In this document: in pieces, positions 26,361 through 37,513 of the stretch
Layout: each line of letters opens with the position of its first letter
Numbering within the stretch: the stretch's first letter is position 1
Source of the DNA: Hyalangium minutum
GTDB lineage: Bacteria > Myxococcota > Myxococcia > Myxococcales > Myxococcaceae
Assembly: GCF_000737315.1 (NCBI RefSeq)
Contig: NZ_JMCB01000013.1
Span: 20,001-268,000 of the forward strand
Length of the DNA stretch: 248,000 nt
Direction of reading: 5' to 3'
Notes under the pieces: generated by a model
What the model was told of the DNA's origin: nothing
Database searches by the model: none
What the model saw: only the letters and a program-made list of their open reading frames with translations
Position numbers and translations under genes: made by a program

Positions 26361-29300
26361 ATGTCCCGTCCCAGCCGCACCCTCCAGGTCTTCCCCGACG
26401 CATCCCGTCGCCAGCAAGTGCTGTGCGCCGCACGGGAAAAGCGCGGCCTCGTGCTGGCCGCGGGTTGGCTCACGTGGGACGAGCTCGTCAACGCCCTGGG
26501 TGGAGCAGCCGAGCTCCAGCGTCGCCCGTGTCCGGCCTCTACCTCGCGCGTCCTCATGGGCGCGCTGGCGCAGCAGCTGGGGGAGACGCCCTTCGGAGAC
26601 TTTGTCCACGAGCCCGCCTTCGCGCGCGCCGCGGTGGAGCTGGCGCTCGACATGAAGGCGGGCCGGCTCACCCCGCGTGAACTCCATGATGCCGCCGAGT
26701 CGCTCCCGCCCGACCGCAGGGCCCGGGTTCGCGTGCTGGCCCGGCTGTGCGAGTCCTACGAGCGACGCATGGCCGAGCTGGGGCTCGCGGACCGCGAGGA
26801 CGTGGTGCGCGGCTCGCGCGAGGCGCTCATTCGCAAGCAGTGGCCGGCGGGCTGGGAGGACGTGGGGTCCATCGTGCTGCACGGGGTGTACGACGTGCGG
26901 CCCGCGGCGCTGGAGATGCTCCTGGCGCTGTCCTCGCTGTGCGAGGCGCGGAAGATCTCGCTCCGGGTGGAGACGCCGGTGGGCGGCTCACTGGCGGCGG
27001 ACGCGGCGCTGGCGTCGCTGTTCCGCGCGTTCGAGAGCCGTGGCGAGACCGTGGGCCACGTGGACCTGTTCAAGGCGGATCTCACCTTCGAGGGCCGCCC
27101 GTTGTCCGAGCTGGGCCGCCACCTCTTCTCTCCAAAGGTGGCCCGAGGGGCATTGGCGGCCACGGCGGCCGGCAACCTGCGCATGTGGAGTGTGGGCACC
27201 GCGCAGGATGAGGCGCGGCAGCTCGCTCGGGACGTGCGGCGGCTCATCGGCGAGGGTGTCTCTCCGGGGCGCATCGCCGTGGCGTGGCGCGAGCTGGGCC
27301 CGGAGGCGCGGTGGTTGGCGGCGGCGCTCGAGGAGCTTGGTGTGCCGGTGCGCCTGCCGTGGGGCGAGCCGCTGGTGCTCACGAGCCCGGTCCGGTTGGC
27401 GGTGGAGCTGCCGCTGCTCGTGGAGGATGGCTTCCCAGCCACGCGTGTGGCGGAACTCGTGGCCAGCCGCTACGCGCCCACGCTCTCGCGAGGGGCTCCG
27501 GATGCGCCCGCTACGCTCTTTACGCTGGCGGCTGTCCGGGACGATCGGCTCGGAGCGCTGCGTGGGCGCGGTGCGTATGACGTGCGCCTGGAGGGCTTGG
27601 CCAAGCGCTTGAGGAAGGCCCAGGACCCGCAGGCCCACTCGGTGAGCGTGCTGCGCGAGCGGTGCCTGAGGTTGATGGAGCAGTGCCGCCGCATCCCCGA
27701 GGCAGGCACGGCGCTGGAGCTGCTCGGGGCGTGGTGGGGCGTGGTGCGGCAGCTCGGGCTCCAGGATACGGAGGGACCGCTGGCTCAGCGGGACGAGGGA
27801 ATGCTGGGCGCGCACGCGCTGGAGGCCCGGGCTCGGGACGATGCCGCGCGGCAGGCGCTGCGCCTCCGGATTGGCGAGCTGGAGCGCTCTCTGCGCCGGG
27901 TGGGCGGAGGCCCGAGGCTCTCGCGTCGCCTCTTCGGGCGGTGGCTGGCGGACGCAGTGAAGGACTTGCACCTGCCCGCGCGGGGCCCGTCTTCGGGGGC
28001 GGTGGAGGTGCTCGACATCCGCGACGTGCCAGGGCGGACGTTCGGCTACCTGTTCCTGGCGGGGATGACGGAGGGCCGCTTCCCGGGGCACGAGGAGCCG
28101 CACGCGTTGCTGGGAGATGCGGATCGGTCGGGGCTCAACCAATACCTGCGGCGCGAGGCCTTCCGGCTCACGGGCGGCGAGTTCGAGGAGCGCGCGCCGT
28201 GGCGGCTGACGGAGGATCGGCTGCTGTTCGCGAGTGCGCTGGTAGCGGCCGAGCAGCGGGTGAGCCTGTCCTATTCGGTGGCGGGGGCGGGTGGGCAGGA
28301 GCAGGTGCCCTCATCGTTCCTGGAGGAAGTGCGGCGGCTGACGGGGATGACGTGGGAGGCGCGGGCGCTGATGGCGGTGCCTCCGCTGGACGACGTGCTG
28401 ACGGAGCCGGAGCTGCGGCAGCGGGTGGCGCTGGAGACGATGGCGCCGGCGCAGCTGCGCGTCACGGAGCCGGACGTGGCAGGCAAGCTGCTCAAGCGGC
28501 GCTTCGAGACGGAGGAGTGGTTCTTGGCGGCCCGGGAGCTGGCGCGGGTGGAGTACCAGCGGCTGCACTTCTTCAGCAATCCCACGAGCGAGGTGGGCCC
28601 CTACACGGGCGCGGTGGACGGCCCGGGGGTTCGCGAGGCGCTGCGGGAGACGTTCCGCTTTGACATTAAGAAGCCGCTGTCGGCGTCGGCGCTGGCGCGG
28701 TTTGGCAACTGTGGCTTCCAGGGCTTCCTGGCGTACGGGCTGAGGGTGGAGGAGCCGGAGGCGCCGGGCGAGGAGTTCGACGCGCGAGGCCGGGGCACGT
28801 TCTGGCACCGGGTGGTGGAGGAGGTGTTCATCCGGCTGAAGCAGAAGGGGCTGCTGGGTAAGGGGCTGCCAGAGATTCCGGACGAGGTGCTCACCGAGGC
28901 GTTGAACGAGGCGGTGGCCTACTTCGAGGAGCGCTACCACGTGGGGCACCCGGCGCTGTGGAAGCTGGCGAAGGAGCGGGCCCGGGCGATGGTGCGGCGG
29001 ATCCTCGCGCACGAGCGGCGCGGCCTCCCGTTCGATCGCTACGAGCCGGAGGGCTTCGAGCTGACGTTCGGGCCGGAAGCGGACCCGGGCCCGTGGCAGA
29101 ACGTGTTCCTGTACGCGGGCGACGAGGCCATCTACTTCGAGGGGAAGATCGACCGGCTGGACAAGGCCGCGGGGGACGTGGGGGTCATCGACTACAAGTC
29201 CGGGCGGCTGGACCGGAACACGTTGCGGGAGAAGCTGCTCTCGTCGGACTTCCAGCTGCCGCTGTACCTGTTCGCGGCGAGGGCGAGCGGGCACAAGGAG

Positions 29301-29579
29301 GCGCGCAAGGCGGCATGGTTCTCGTTGCGCACGGGCGAGGTGCTGGACTTGTCCAAGGTGCTTTCGGACGAGGAAGTGGACGGCATGCTGTCCACGGATC
29401 CGGAGGTGCGGGCGAAGCTGGCGGAGGAGGGCAAGCCGAATCTGGCCAACGCAGTGGAGGGCCTGGTGAAGAACACGCGTGAGGGCAAGTTCGGCATGCG
29501 TCCGAAGGACTGTGGCCGGTGCGGCTATCGCGCGGCGTGCCGGATTACAGAGCGGCGGGTGGTGGAGGAGAGTGCATGA
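26361..29579 (+). CDS. addB: AddB-like helicase/nuclease subunit (PD-(D/E)xK nuclease, Fe-S)
   Basis: GKIDRLD..VIDYKSG; C-terminal CxxCxxxxxC; overlaps AddA-like gene. Confidence 0.75.
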   Translation: MSRPSRTLQVFPDASRRQQVLCAAREKRGLVLAAGWLTWDELVNALGGAAELQRRPCPASTSRVLMGALAQQLGETPFGDFVHEPAFARAAVELALDMKAGRLTPRELHDAAESLPPDRRARVRVLARLCESYERRMAELGLADREDVVRGSREALIRKQWPAGWEDVGSIVLHGVYDVRPAALEMLLALSSLCEARKISLRVETPVGGSLAADAALASLFRAFESRGETVGHVDLFKADLTFEGRPLSELGRHLFSPKVARGALAATAAGNLRMWSVGTAQDEARQLARDVRRLIGEGVSPGRIAVAWRELGPEARWLAAALEELGVPVRLPWGEPLVLTSPVRLAVELPLLVEDGFPATRVAELVASRYAPTLSRGAPDAPATLFTLAAVRDDRLGALRGRGAYDVRLEGLAKRLRKAQDPQAHSVSVLRERCLRLMEQCRRIPEAGTALELLGAWWGVVRQLGLQDTEGPLAQRDEGMLGAHALEARARDDAARQALRLRIGELERSLRRVGGGPRLSRRLFGRWLADAVKDLHLPARGPSSGAVEVLDIRDVPGRTFGYLFLAGMTEGRFPGHEEPHALLGDADRSGLNQYLRREAFRLTGGEFEERAPWRLTEDRLLFASALVAAEQRVSLSYSVAGAGGQEQVPSSFLEEVRRLTGMTWEARALMAVPPLDDVLTEPELRQRVALETMAPAQLRVTEPDVAGKLLKRRFETEEWFLAARELARVEYQRLHFFSNPTSEVGPYTGAVDGPGVREALRETFRFDIKKPLSASALARFGNCGFQGFLAYGLRVEEPEAPGEEFDARGRGTFWHRVVEEVFIRLKQKGLLGKGLPEIPDEVLTEALNEAVAYFEERYHVGHPALWKLAKERARAMVRRILAHERRGLPFDRYEPEGFELTFGPEADPGPWQNVFLYAGDEAIYFEGKIDRLDKAAGDVGVIDYKSGRLDRNTLREKLLSSDFQLPLYLFAARASGHKEARKAAWFSLRTGEVLDLSKVLSDEEVDGMLSTDPEVRAKLAEEGKPNLANAVEGLVKNTREGKFGMRPKDCGRCGYRAACRITERRVVEESA

Positions 29580-32500
29580 GCGCGGTGTCGCCCCTGGCGC
29601 TGGAGCGCAACCTGGCGCTCATGGCGGGCGCCGGCGCGGGCAAGACGTACAGCTTGGTGACGATGGTGCTGCACCTGTTCGCGGGAGCGCGCGAGGGGCT
29701 CGCTCCGCTCAAGCCGTCGCGGCTGTGCATGCTGACGTTCACGGACAAGGCCGCGGCGGAGATGCGGGCCCGGACGCGCACCCGCTTGGACGCGCTGGCG
29801 CAGGGGGAAGCCGAGGAGCCGGAGCTGCGCGCCTCGCTGGAGCGGCTGGGGCGGCCATTTCCCTCGCAGGACTCGTGGCGGGCGCTGCGGGAGGAGCTCG
29901 GGGCTGCGACGGTGGGCACGTTCCATTCGCTCTGCGGACAGCTGCTGCGCCGGGCGCCTCCGGGGTTGGGGATTGATCCGGCCTTCGAGGTGCTGGATGA
30001 GCTGGAGGCGCTCGGCCTGGTGCAGGACGTGTGCGAGCGCGTGGTGCTGGACGGCCTGGAGTCGGGGGACCTCCGCGTCACGGAGCTGTGCCAGGAGCTG
30101 ACGTTCTCCGGCTCAGGGTTCTCGGACGGACTGGTGGCGTCACTGCGGCAGGTCTACGGCAAGCTGCGCGAGGAAGGATTGCGCGCGGCCACTGCGGCGC
30201 TGTCGAGCCCGGAGGAGGCCCGCGCGGAGCTGGTAACGCTCATCCAGGAGGGACTCAAGCACTGCCAGGAGGCGCGGGAGCTGGACGCGAAGGGCGAGTG
30301 GGGTCGGTTGATCTCCGCGTGCGAGCGAGCGCTCCAGCCGATGACGCCGGAGAACTTGGGCGAGCCAGACCGGCTGCCCTCGCTGAAGGCGGCGTTCATC
30401 GCGGATGGCCGGAACTTCGCGAGGCTGAGCAAGGGCGCGGCGGGCCCCATCCGCTCGCTGTACTGGCTGACCCGCGGCAAGAGCGACGGCTCGGTGATGC
30501 GGCTGGAGGATGCGTACGCCGCGTGGCGGACGGCGCCCTTCGAGGCCACCTTCCGGGACTTGCTCGGCAAGGTGGAGGTCCGCCACGAGGGCGAGTTCAT
30601 CCGCCGCAACGTCTTCGACTTCACGGCGCTGCTGGTGAAGGCGCGGGACTTGCTGAGAGACCACCCGAGCTTCCGCCGTCAGGTGCAGGAGCGCATGGGC
30701 GCGCTGCTGGTGGACGAGTTCCAGGACACGAACCGCCTGCAGCTGGAGCTGGTGCTGTTGCTCTCGGAGCTGCGAGAGGGAGGCCCTCGGCCGGTGCGTC
30801 CGGACGAGGATCTGCGCGCCAGGCTCCCATTGGAGCCTGCGTTCCTGTGCGCGGTGGGAGATCGCAAGCAGTCCATCTACGAGTTCCGTGGCGCGGACGT
30901 CTCGGTGTTCACACTGCTGGCGGACAAGATCGTCTCCGAGGGAGGTGTGAGGGATTTCCTCCGGTTCAACCGCCGCTCGGTGCCAGCGCTGCTGGACTTC
31001 TTCAACCGGACGTTCGCGGGGGTACTGGTGGCGAGCGATCCGCCGCGGCCCTACGAGGTGGTGTACGTGCCGGAGGAGGACGATCTCTCCCCGGTCCGCC
31101 GCGAGCTGGCCGAGGCGCCTGCGGTGGAGCGGTTGGTGCTCGGGGAGGCGGAGTCCTCGGCGGACGCACGTAATAAGGATGCGGAGGCCGTGGCGAGGCG
31201 CCTCCGGGTGATGTTGGCACCGGGTGCGGATCCTTGCGTGACGGACGAGGATGGCCAGCGTCTGCGGCCCGCTCGAGGCGGCGAGGTGGCCATCCTCCTG
31301 AGGACCTTCACGCACCTGGAGGTGTACCGGCAGGCGCTGATCCGGCACGGCGTGCCGCACAGGGTGCTGCGGGGCCGGGGCTTCTACGGTGCGCAGGAGG
31401 TGTTGGATCTGGCCTCCTTGCTGGCGCTGCTGGCGGACTCGGAGGACACGTTGGCGCTGACGGCGGTGCTGCGTTCTCCGCTGGTGGGGCTGTCGGACGC
31501 GTCGCTGTTCCGGCTCTCGGGCCCGAACGGACTCACGCTGGCGGAGATCCAGAAGAAGGACCTGGACACGTGCGAGCTCCCGCCTCGCGAGCGCCTGAGG
31601 CTGGAGCGATTTCTGGCGGCACTGCCCTCGTTGAGGCGCGAGCGGGATCGGCTCGGAGTGCGCGCGCTGCTTCAGGTCGCGCTGGAAGTCACGGGCTACC
31701 GGGAGGCGATGGCGGGCTCACCGTACGCGGAGCAGGCCAGCGCCAACATCGACAAGCTGCTGGCGCTCGCGGCCCGTCGCGACGAGCGAGGCACGGGAGG
31801 GTGCACGGCGTTCGCGAGGGAGCTGCGGATGCTCGCGGACGCGGACCCCACCGAGGCGCAGGCGGACCTGCTGGACGCGGGAGATCCCCGTGCGGTGCAG
31901 ATCCTCACGATCCACCGGGCGAAGGGGCTCGAGTGGCCGGTGGTGGTGGTGCCCGCGCTCGGGGGCAAGCGGCGCAACACGAGCGCGCGGGCGCACTTCG
32001 AGCGCACGCACGGGCTGGTGCTGCGCCCCTGGTTGCCGGACACGCTGGAGGACTTCCGCTCCCGGCGCTTCGACCGGGTGAGAGAGGAGCTCAAGTCCCG
32101 CGAGTTCGCCGAGTACCGGCGGCTCCTCTACGTAGCGCTCACGCGAGCCCGGGACATGCTGATCCTCTCGGGCTCGGCGGAGCGCGGCGCTTCGGACTCC
32201 TGGTGGCACATGATGGAGGCGCGCTTGGACGCGGACGCGGGCCTCCGGCGCCGGGTGCTGGACGTGGAGGTGGACTCACTTCCACCACCCGCCGACCCCT
32301 TGCCGCCGAGTGCAGAGGAACTCGCGGAAGCAGAGGCCCGGGTGGAGGCGGCCCTGGAGCGCGTCCGAGGCGGTGTCTCCCTGCCCGAGCCCGAAGAAGC
32401 CATCGTCTCGGCGGCGCAGCTCCAGGACTTCATGGCGTGCCCGAGGCGCTACCGCTACGTGCACCAGCTGGGAATGAGCGGGCCGCGGCCGTGGGAGCTG

Positions 32501-33214
32501 CCGGCGAGGACGGTGCCGCCATGGGTGGAGCTCGAGCCCTGGCTGGAGACGCGGGGCCCGGCGCAGCTGGTGCCGTTGCTGCTGCGGGACGTGGATCTTC
32601 AGATGGCGGAGGCCCCTGTCTCGGAGCGGCGCCCTCACTTGGAGAAGCTGCTGCGGTACATGGGGCGGCAGCCGGACGAGGAGGGGATGGACGAGGTGCT
32701 GGGGATGGTGGATCGCTTCCTCGGGACGGAACTGGCGCGGAAGCTGGCCGCGAGCCCGTCAGCGAGCATTCATCGGGAACTCTCCTACCTGCTGGATCTG
32801 CCTTCGGCGTCCGCGAGGGGCCGGACGGCCGTGAGCGGGACCTTGGATCTGTTGTGGGAGACGCCGGAGGGGGAGGCGTGGGTGTTGGCGTGGCGCCCAT
32901 CGAAGCGTCATCCGCTGGGCGTCTCGGCCTTCGCGAACGAGCTGATGGCCCAGGGGCTCGCGGCGAAGCGCCTGGTGCGCGAGGGTGTGGCGGTGCGGGT
33001 AGGGGTGGTGTTCTTGGGGGAACCCACGCTGGCGGCGGAATTCCTGACGTTGCCGGGAGGCTGGGAGGAGCGGGCGGGGCGGCTGGCGGAGGCGGTGCGG
33101 GCCCTGGTCCGAGGGGAACTCCGCAGGGAGTGGCCGGGGCGGGAGCGGGAGACCTGCCAAGCACTGCATTGTGGCTTCGCGGAACACTGTCACGGCGCCC
33201 CAGGGGCGTGCTAA
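29576..33214 (+). CDS. addA: AddA-like UvrD/REP helicase subunit
   Basis: AGAGAGKT, VDEFQDTN, VGDRKQSIYEFRGA, TIHRAKGLE, YVALTRA. Confidence 0.8.
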   Translation: MSAVSPLALERNLALMAGAGAGKTYSLVTMVLHLFAGAREGLAPLKPSRLCMLTFTDKAAAEMRARTRTRLDALAQGEAEEPELRASLERLGRPFPSQDSWRALREELGAATVGTFHSLCGQLLRRAPPGLGIDPAFEVLDELEALGLVQDVCERVVLDGLESGDLRVTELCQELTFSGSGFSDGLVASLRQVYGKLREEGLRAATAALSSPEEARAELVTLIQEGLKHCQEARELDAKGEWGRLISACERALQPMTPENLGEPDRLPSLKAAFIADGRNFARLSKGAAGPIRSLYWLTRGKSDGSVMRLEDAYAAWRTAPFEATFRDLLGKVEVRHEGEFIRRNVFDFTALLVKARDLLRDHPSFRRQVQERMGALLVDEFQDTNRLQLELVLLLSELREGGPRPVRPDEDLRARLPLEPAFLCAVGDRKQSIYEFRGADVSVFTLLADKIVSEGGVRDFLRFNRRSVPALLDFFNRTFAGVLVASDPPRPYEVVYVPEEDDLSPVRRELAEAPAVERLVLGEAESSADARNKDAEAVARRLRVMLAPGADPCVTDEDGQRLRPARGGEVAILLRTFTHLEVYRQALIRHGVPHRVLRGRGFYGAQEVLDLASLLALLADSEDTLALTAVLRSPLVGLSDASLFRLSGPNGLTLAEIQKKDLDTCELPPRERLRLERFLAALPSLRRERDRLGVRALLQVALEVTGYREAMAGSPYAEQASANIDKLLALAARRDERGTGGCTAFARELRMLADADPTEAQADLLDAGDPRAVQILTIHRAKGLEWPVVVVPALGGKRRNTSARAHFERTHGLVLRPWLPDTLEDFRSRRFDRVREELKSREFAEYRRLLYVALTRARDMLILSGSAERGASDSWWHMMEARLDADAGLRRRVLDVEVDSLPPPADPLPPSAEELAEAEARVEAALERVRGGVSLPEPEEAIVSAAQLQDFMACPRRYRYVHQLGMSGPRPWELPARTVPPWVELEPWLETRGPAQLVPLLLRDVDLQMAEAPVSERRPHLEKLLRYMGRQPDEEGMDEVLGMVDRFLGTELARKLAASPSASIHRELSYLLDLPSASARGRTAVSGTLDLLWETPEGEAWVLAWRPSKRHPLGVSAFANELMAQGLAAKRLVREGVAVRVGVVFLGEPTLAAEFLTLPGGWEERAGRLAEAVRALVRGELRREWPGRERETCQALHCGFAEHCHGAPGAC

Positions 33215-34537
<1,323 letters not shown>

Positions 34538-34555
34538 CACAGCCAGGAGTTACCC

Positions 34556-35929
34556 ATGATGGCCCGTTGCCTCGTCATCGGTCTCACGGTCGCGCTCCTG
34601 GGCGCGGCACAACCGTCGGCTCCGGCCGAGGCGGCCTTCCTGAAGGGGGAGAAGGCGCTCGCGGCGAACAAGCTGGACGATGCAGCGGCGGCCTACCGCA
34701 AGGCGTTGGATGCGACGCCCAACTGGGCACCGGCGATCAACGGCCTGGGCAGCGTGCTCTTCAAGAAGGGCCAGTCGGTGGAGGCCATCGCGCTCTTCAA
34801 GTCCGCGACCGAGGCGGATCCGGACTTCAAGCTGGCGTGGTTCAACCTGGGCTACGCGGCGCGCAAGTCCGGGGACTTCGCCACGGCGGCGCGGGCCTAC
34901 GAGCGCTACACGCAGCTGGATTCGAATGATCCGGATGGCTTCTACGGGCTGGGGGAGAGCTACCGTCAACTGGGCGAGCCCGCCAAGGCGATCACCGCCT
35001 ACGAGACCTATGTCTCGCGCGAGAAGCGCCCCAGCGAGCAGAAGTGGGTGGAGAAGGCGCGCGAGCAGGTAACGGCCCTGCGCGCCCAGACCGCGGCCCC
35101 TGCTGCGGCTCCTCCTGCGGCTCCGGCCCCTGCTGTGGCGGTGGTGGCCACTCCGGCGCCCGCGGCCTCCCCTGCGGCGGGCCCGGCCGTTGCTCCCGCC
35201 CCCCTCATCCCAGCCAGTCAGCTGAACCGGAACCTCTCCATCACCCGGGCGCGTGATGGCGATGCGCTGATGAAGGAGCGCCGGTACCGCGAAGCGACCT
35301 TTGCCTACTTGGACGCGGTGCACGCGGATCCGTTCAACACGGAGGCGCTCTTCAAACTGGGGAACGCACTGGCGGTGCTGGGCTACTACGCTCAAGCCGT
35401 GGAGTACTGGAGCCGTGCGGCGGGCTCCACCCAGGACGCGGCCATCCGCCAGAGCGCGCTGGACAACGTGGCCAAGGCGCAGGGGCGAATCGCGCAGCAG
35501 GGGGGCTCTCCGCAGGCACAGGGCGTGGCTCCCGGCTTCGGGCCGCTGGCGGACACGACGCGCACCCAGGCGCGCGGGGCCTACGAGCAGGGAGTTCAGC
35601 GCATCCAGGCGCGGGACTATGCGGGAGCGCTGCAGAGCCTCACGCAGGCCATCCAGTTGGAGCCGACGCTGGCGGTGGCCTTCATCGCGCGTGGGAGTGC
35701 CTACATTGGCCTGCGCCGGTACGCAGAGGCGGCGGTGGACTACGAGTACGCACTTCGTCTGGCACCGGACATGGCCTCACCGCTGTATGGGCTGGGGGAG
35801 AGCTACCGGATGCTCGGGCGGAGCGCGGAGGCGCGCGCCAGCTACGAGCGTTATGCCACCTCGACGGCCAAAGACGTGCGGCCCGAACTCCAGGCCGAGG
35901 CACGGCAGAACGCCGAGCGCCTGCGCTGA
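34556..35929 (+). CDS. Exported TPR-repeat protein
   Basis: Signal peptide; multiple TPR consensus repeats. Confidence 0.8.
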   Translation: MMARCLVIGLTVALLGAAQPSAPAEAAFLKGEKALAANKLDDAAAAYRKALDATPNWAPAINGLGSVLFKKGQSVEAIALFKSATEADPDFKLAWFNLGYAARKSGDFATAARAYERYTQLDSNDPDGFYGLGESYRQLGEPAKAITAYETYVSREKRPSEQKWVEKAREQVTALRAQTAAPAAAPPAAPAPAVAVVATPAPAASPAAGPAVAPAPLIPASQLNRNLSITRARDGDALMKERRYREATFAYLDAVHADPFNTEALFKLGNALAVLGYYAQAVEYWSRAAGSTQDAAIRQSALDNVAKAQGRIAQQGGSPQAQGVAPGFGPLADTTRTQARGAYEQGVQRIQARDYAGALQSLTQAIQLEPTLAVAFIARGSAYIGLRRYAEAAVDYEYALRLAPDMASPLYGLGESYRMLGRSAEARASYERYATSTAKDVRPELQAEARQNAERLR

Positions 35930-35994
35930 ATATGCAGACGTTATCCGCTGAGGGATGGGTGGCGGATGTCACACCCGTGCCTTAGCTTGTCTGC

Positions 35995-36423
35995 ATGGAC
36001 GGGCGTAATTCCGAAGCTGCGGGCCGGCAGGTGTTTCGTCCTCGGCGTGTGCTCGCGGCGCTGATGGCGGCTGCGGGGCTGCTGTGGGTGATGGTGTTGG
36101 TGTACCTGCTGAGCTTCGAGGGCGTCCCGCTCAAGACATTTCTGGCGGTGATCTTCTTCGTCGTCTTCTTCGGTGTGTCGGTGATGTACTACGCCCGGAC
36201 GCGGATCGTGGTGGACGCGGGAGGCATCACCTACCGGGGCATGGTGCGCACGAAGCGCTTCTCCTTCAAGGAGATCCGCAAGGTGGACGTGCTGCCGGGT
36301 CCAGTCACGGTGTACGCCATCCGGGACACGGGTGGTGGCCTGGTGCACTTCACGAGCTTCTTCACGCACCACCAGCGGCTCGCGGCGCTGCTCGTGGAGC
36401 GAGCGGGTCTCAGGCCGGTCTGA
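35995..36423 (+). CDS. Bacterial PH-domain membrane protein
   Basis: Two TM helices then IVVDAGGITYRG..F..I..V. Confidence 0.6.
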   Translation: MDGRNSEAAGRQVFRPRRVLAALMAAAGLLWVMVLVYLLSFEGVPLKTFLAVIFFVVFFGVSVMYYARTRIVVDAGGITYRGMVRTKRFSFKEIRKVDVLPGPVTVYAIRDTGGGLVHFTSFFTHHQRLAALLVERAGLRPV

Positions 36424-36440
36424 CCCGAGGCCCATAGGCT

Positions 36441-37286
36441 TCACCCTACCAGCGCATACGTCACGAGCACTCCAGCCACGGCTGACGCCACGCCCAGGCC
36501 GATGAGCCACCACTCGGTCAGTGACGGCTGATGGGCGGTCTCAGCCATGGGCGGTGGGGACATGTCTGAAAGCTCGGCGGGCAGCGGAGCGGGCTCAGAG
36601 TCTGCAGAGGGCTCGGAGGCTGGAGGCGGCTCTTCCACGGCGGCCTGGAAGCGCAGGAGCGTCTTCCCCATCTCAATGACGTCCCCATCCGAGAGCAGCT
36701 CGGATCCCTGTACACGGCGGCCGTTGAGGTACACGCCATTGGGACTGTTCAGGGCCACGAGGGTGAACTGAGCGCCCTGACGTAAGACGCGGCCATGAGA
36801 GCGCGAGACGGTTCGGTCTCTCAAGCGGAAGGTCATCTGGGCTCCGCGGCCGATGTCGGTCTTCTCTTCGGCCAAAGGAAAGGTGCGGCCCACATCCAGG
36901 CCCGTGAGGCAGGTGAGGGTGGCGGCGCGAGAGCGGACCAGGCCATCACCATCGGTGAGCAGGTGCTTGAGCACGGCCACAGTGCCCATTCCCCGAGAGC
37001 CTCCTTTCGAGGAGTCGAGGATCTTCAGGCGCATGTCCTCGGGCAACCCCACCACTTCGCCGGGGAGCACCAGCCGAGGCACTCCCGGCGGAACGAGCAC
37101 GCCATTCACGGTGAAGGTCTGCGAGGTCCCCACTGTCAGGCGAGAGCCCTCAATGGTCAGCTTGAGGAAGCTGGGAGGCAGTGCCTCCAGCCGGACATGG
37201 TCGTTGGGGCCTCCTCCCAGCAGGTGCTGGCCGTCGGTCAGCTCGAACGGAGTGGCCGTTCCCAAGTGCTCGAATTCGAAGTGCAT
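36441..37286 (-). CDS. FHA domain membrane protein
   Basis: IGRG..SRSH..NGVYLNG; C-terminal TM. Confidence 0.8.
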   Translation of the reverse strand: MHFEFEHLGTATPFELTDGQHLLGGGPNDHVRLEALPPSFLKLTIEGSRLTVGTSQTFTVNGVLVPPGVPRLVLPGEVVGLPEDMRLKILDSSKGGSRGMGTVAVLKHLLTDGDGLVRSRAATLTCLTGLDVGRTFPLAEEKTDIGRGAQMTFRLRDRTVSRSHGRVLRQGAQFTLVALNSPNGVYLNGRRVQGSELLSDGDVIEMGKTLLRFQAAVEEPPPASEPSADSEPAPLPAELSDMSPPPMAETAHQPSLTEWWLIGLGVASAVAGVLVTYALVG

Positions 37287-37421
37287 GCGTCGGGACTGAG
37301 CAACCTTGATGCCAACCCAGGTCCGCTCGTAAACGCCCCCACCGACCGTCCATGGCCGTGGACGGACCGTCTCCGTCGCGAGACGCTTCACCCCCAGTCT
37401 CCCCTCGCACTCCAGCCCAAG

Positions 37422-37440
37422 TGGTCTGCTTGTCAGACCA
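37422..37440. promoter_or_regulatory. Palindrome TGGTCTG-N5-CAGACCA in a divergent promoter region
   Basis: Perfect 7-bp inverted repeat; recurs at 181315 and 199086. Confidence 0.5.
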
Positions 37441-37513
37441 GTTTGCGGGCAGCACGGCCAGCCCCGGGGTTTTCTGCACCCACCGAGGCCACTCCGTTAG
37501 GATTCCGGCGCCG

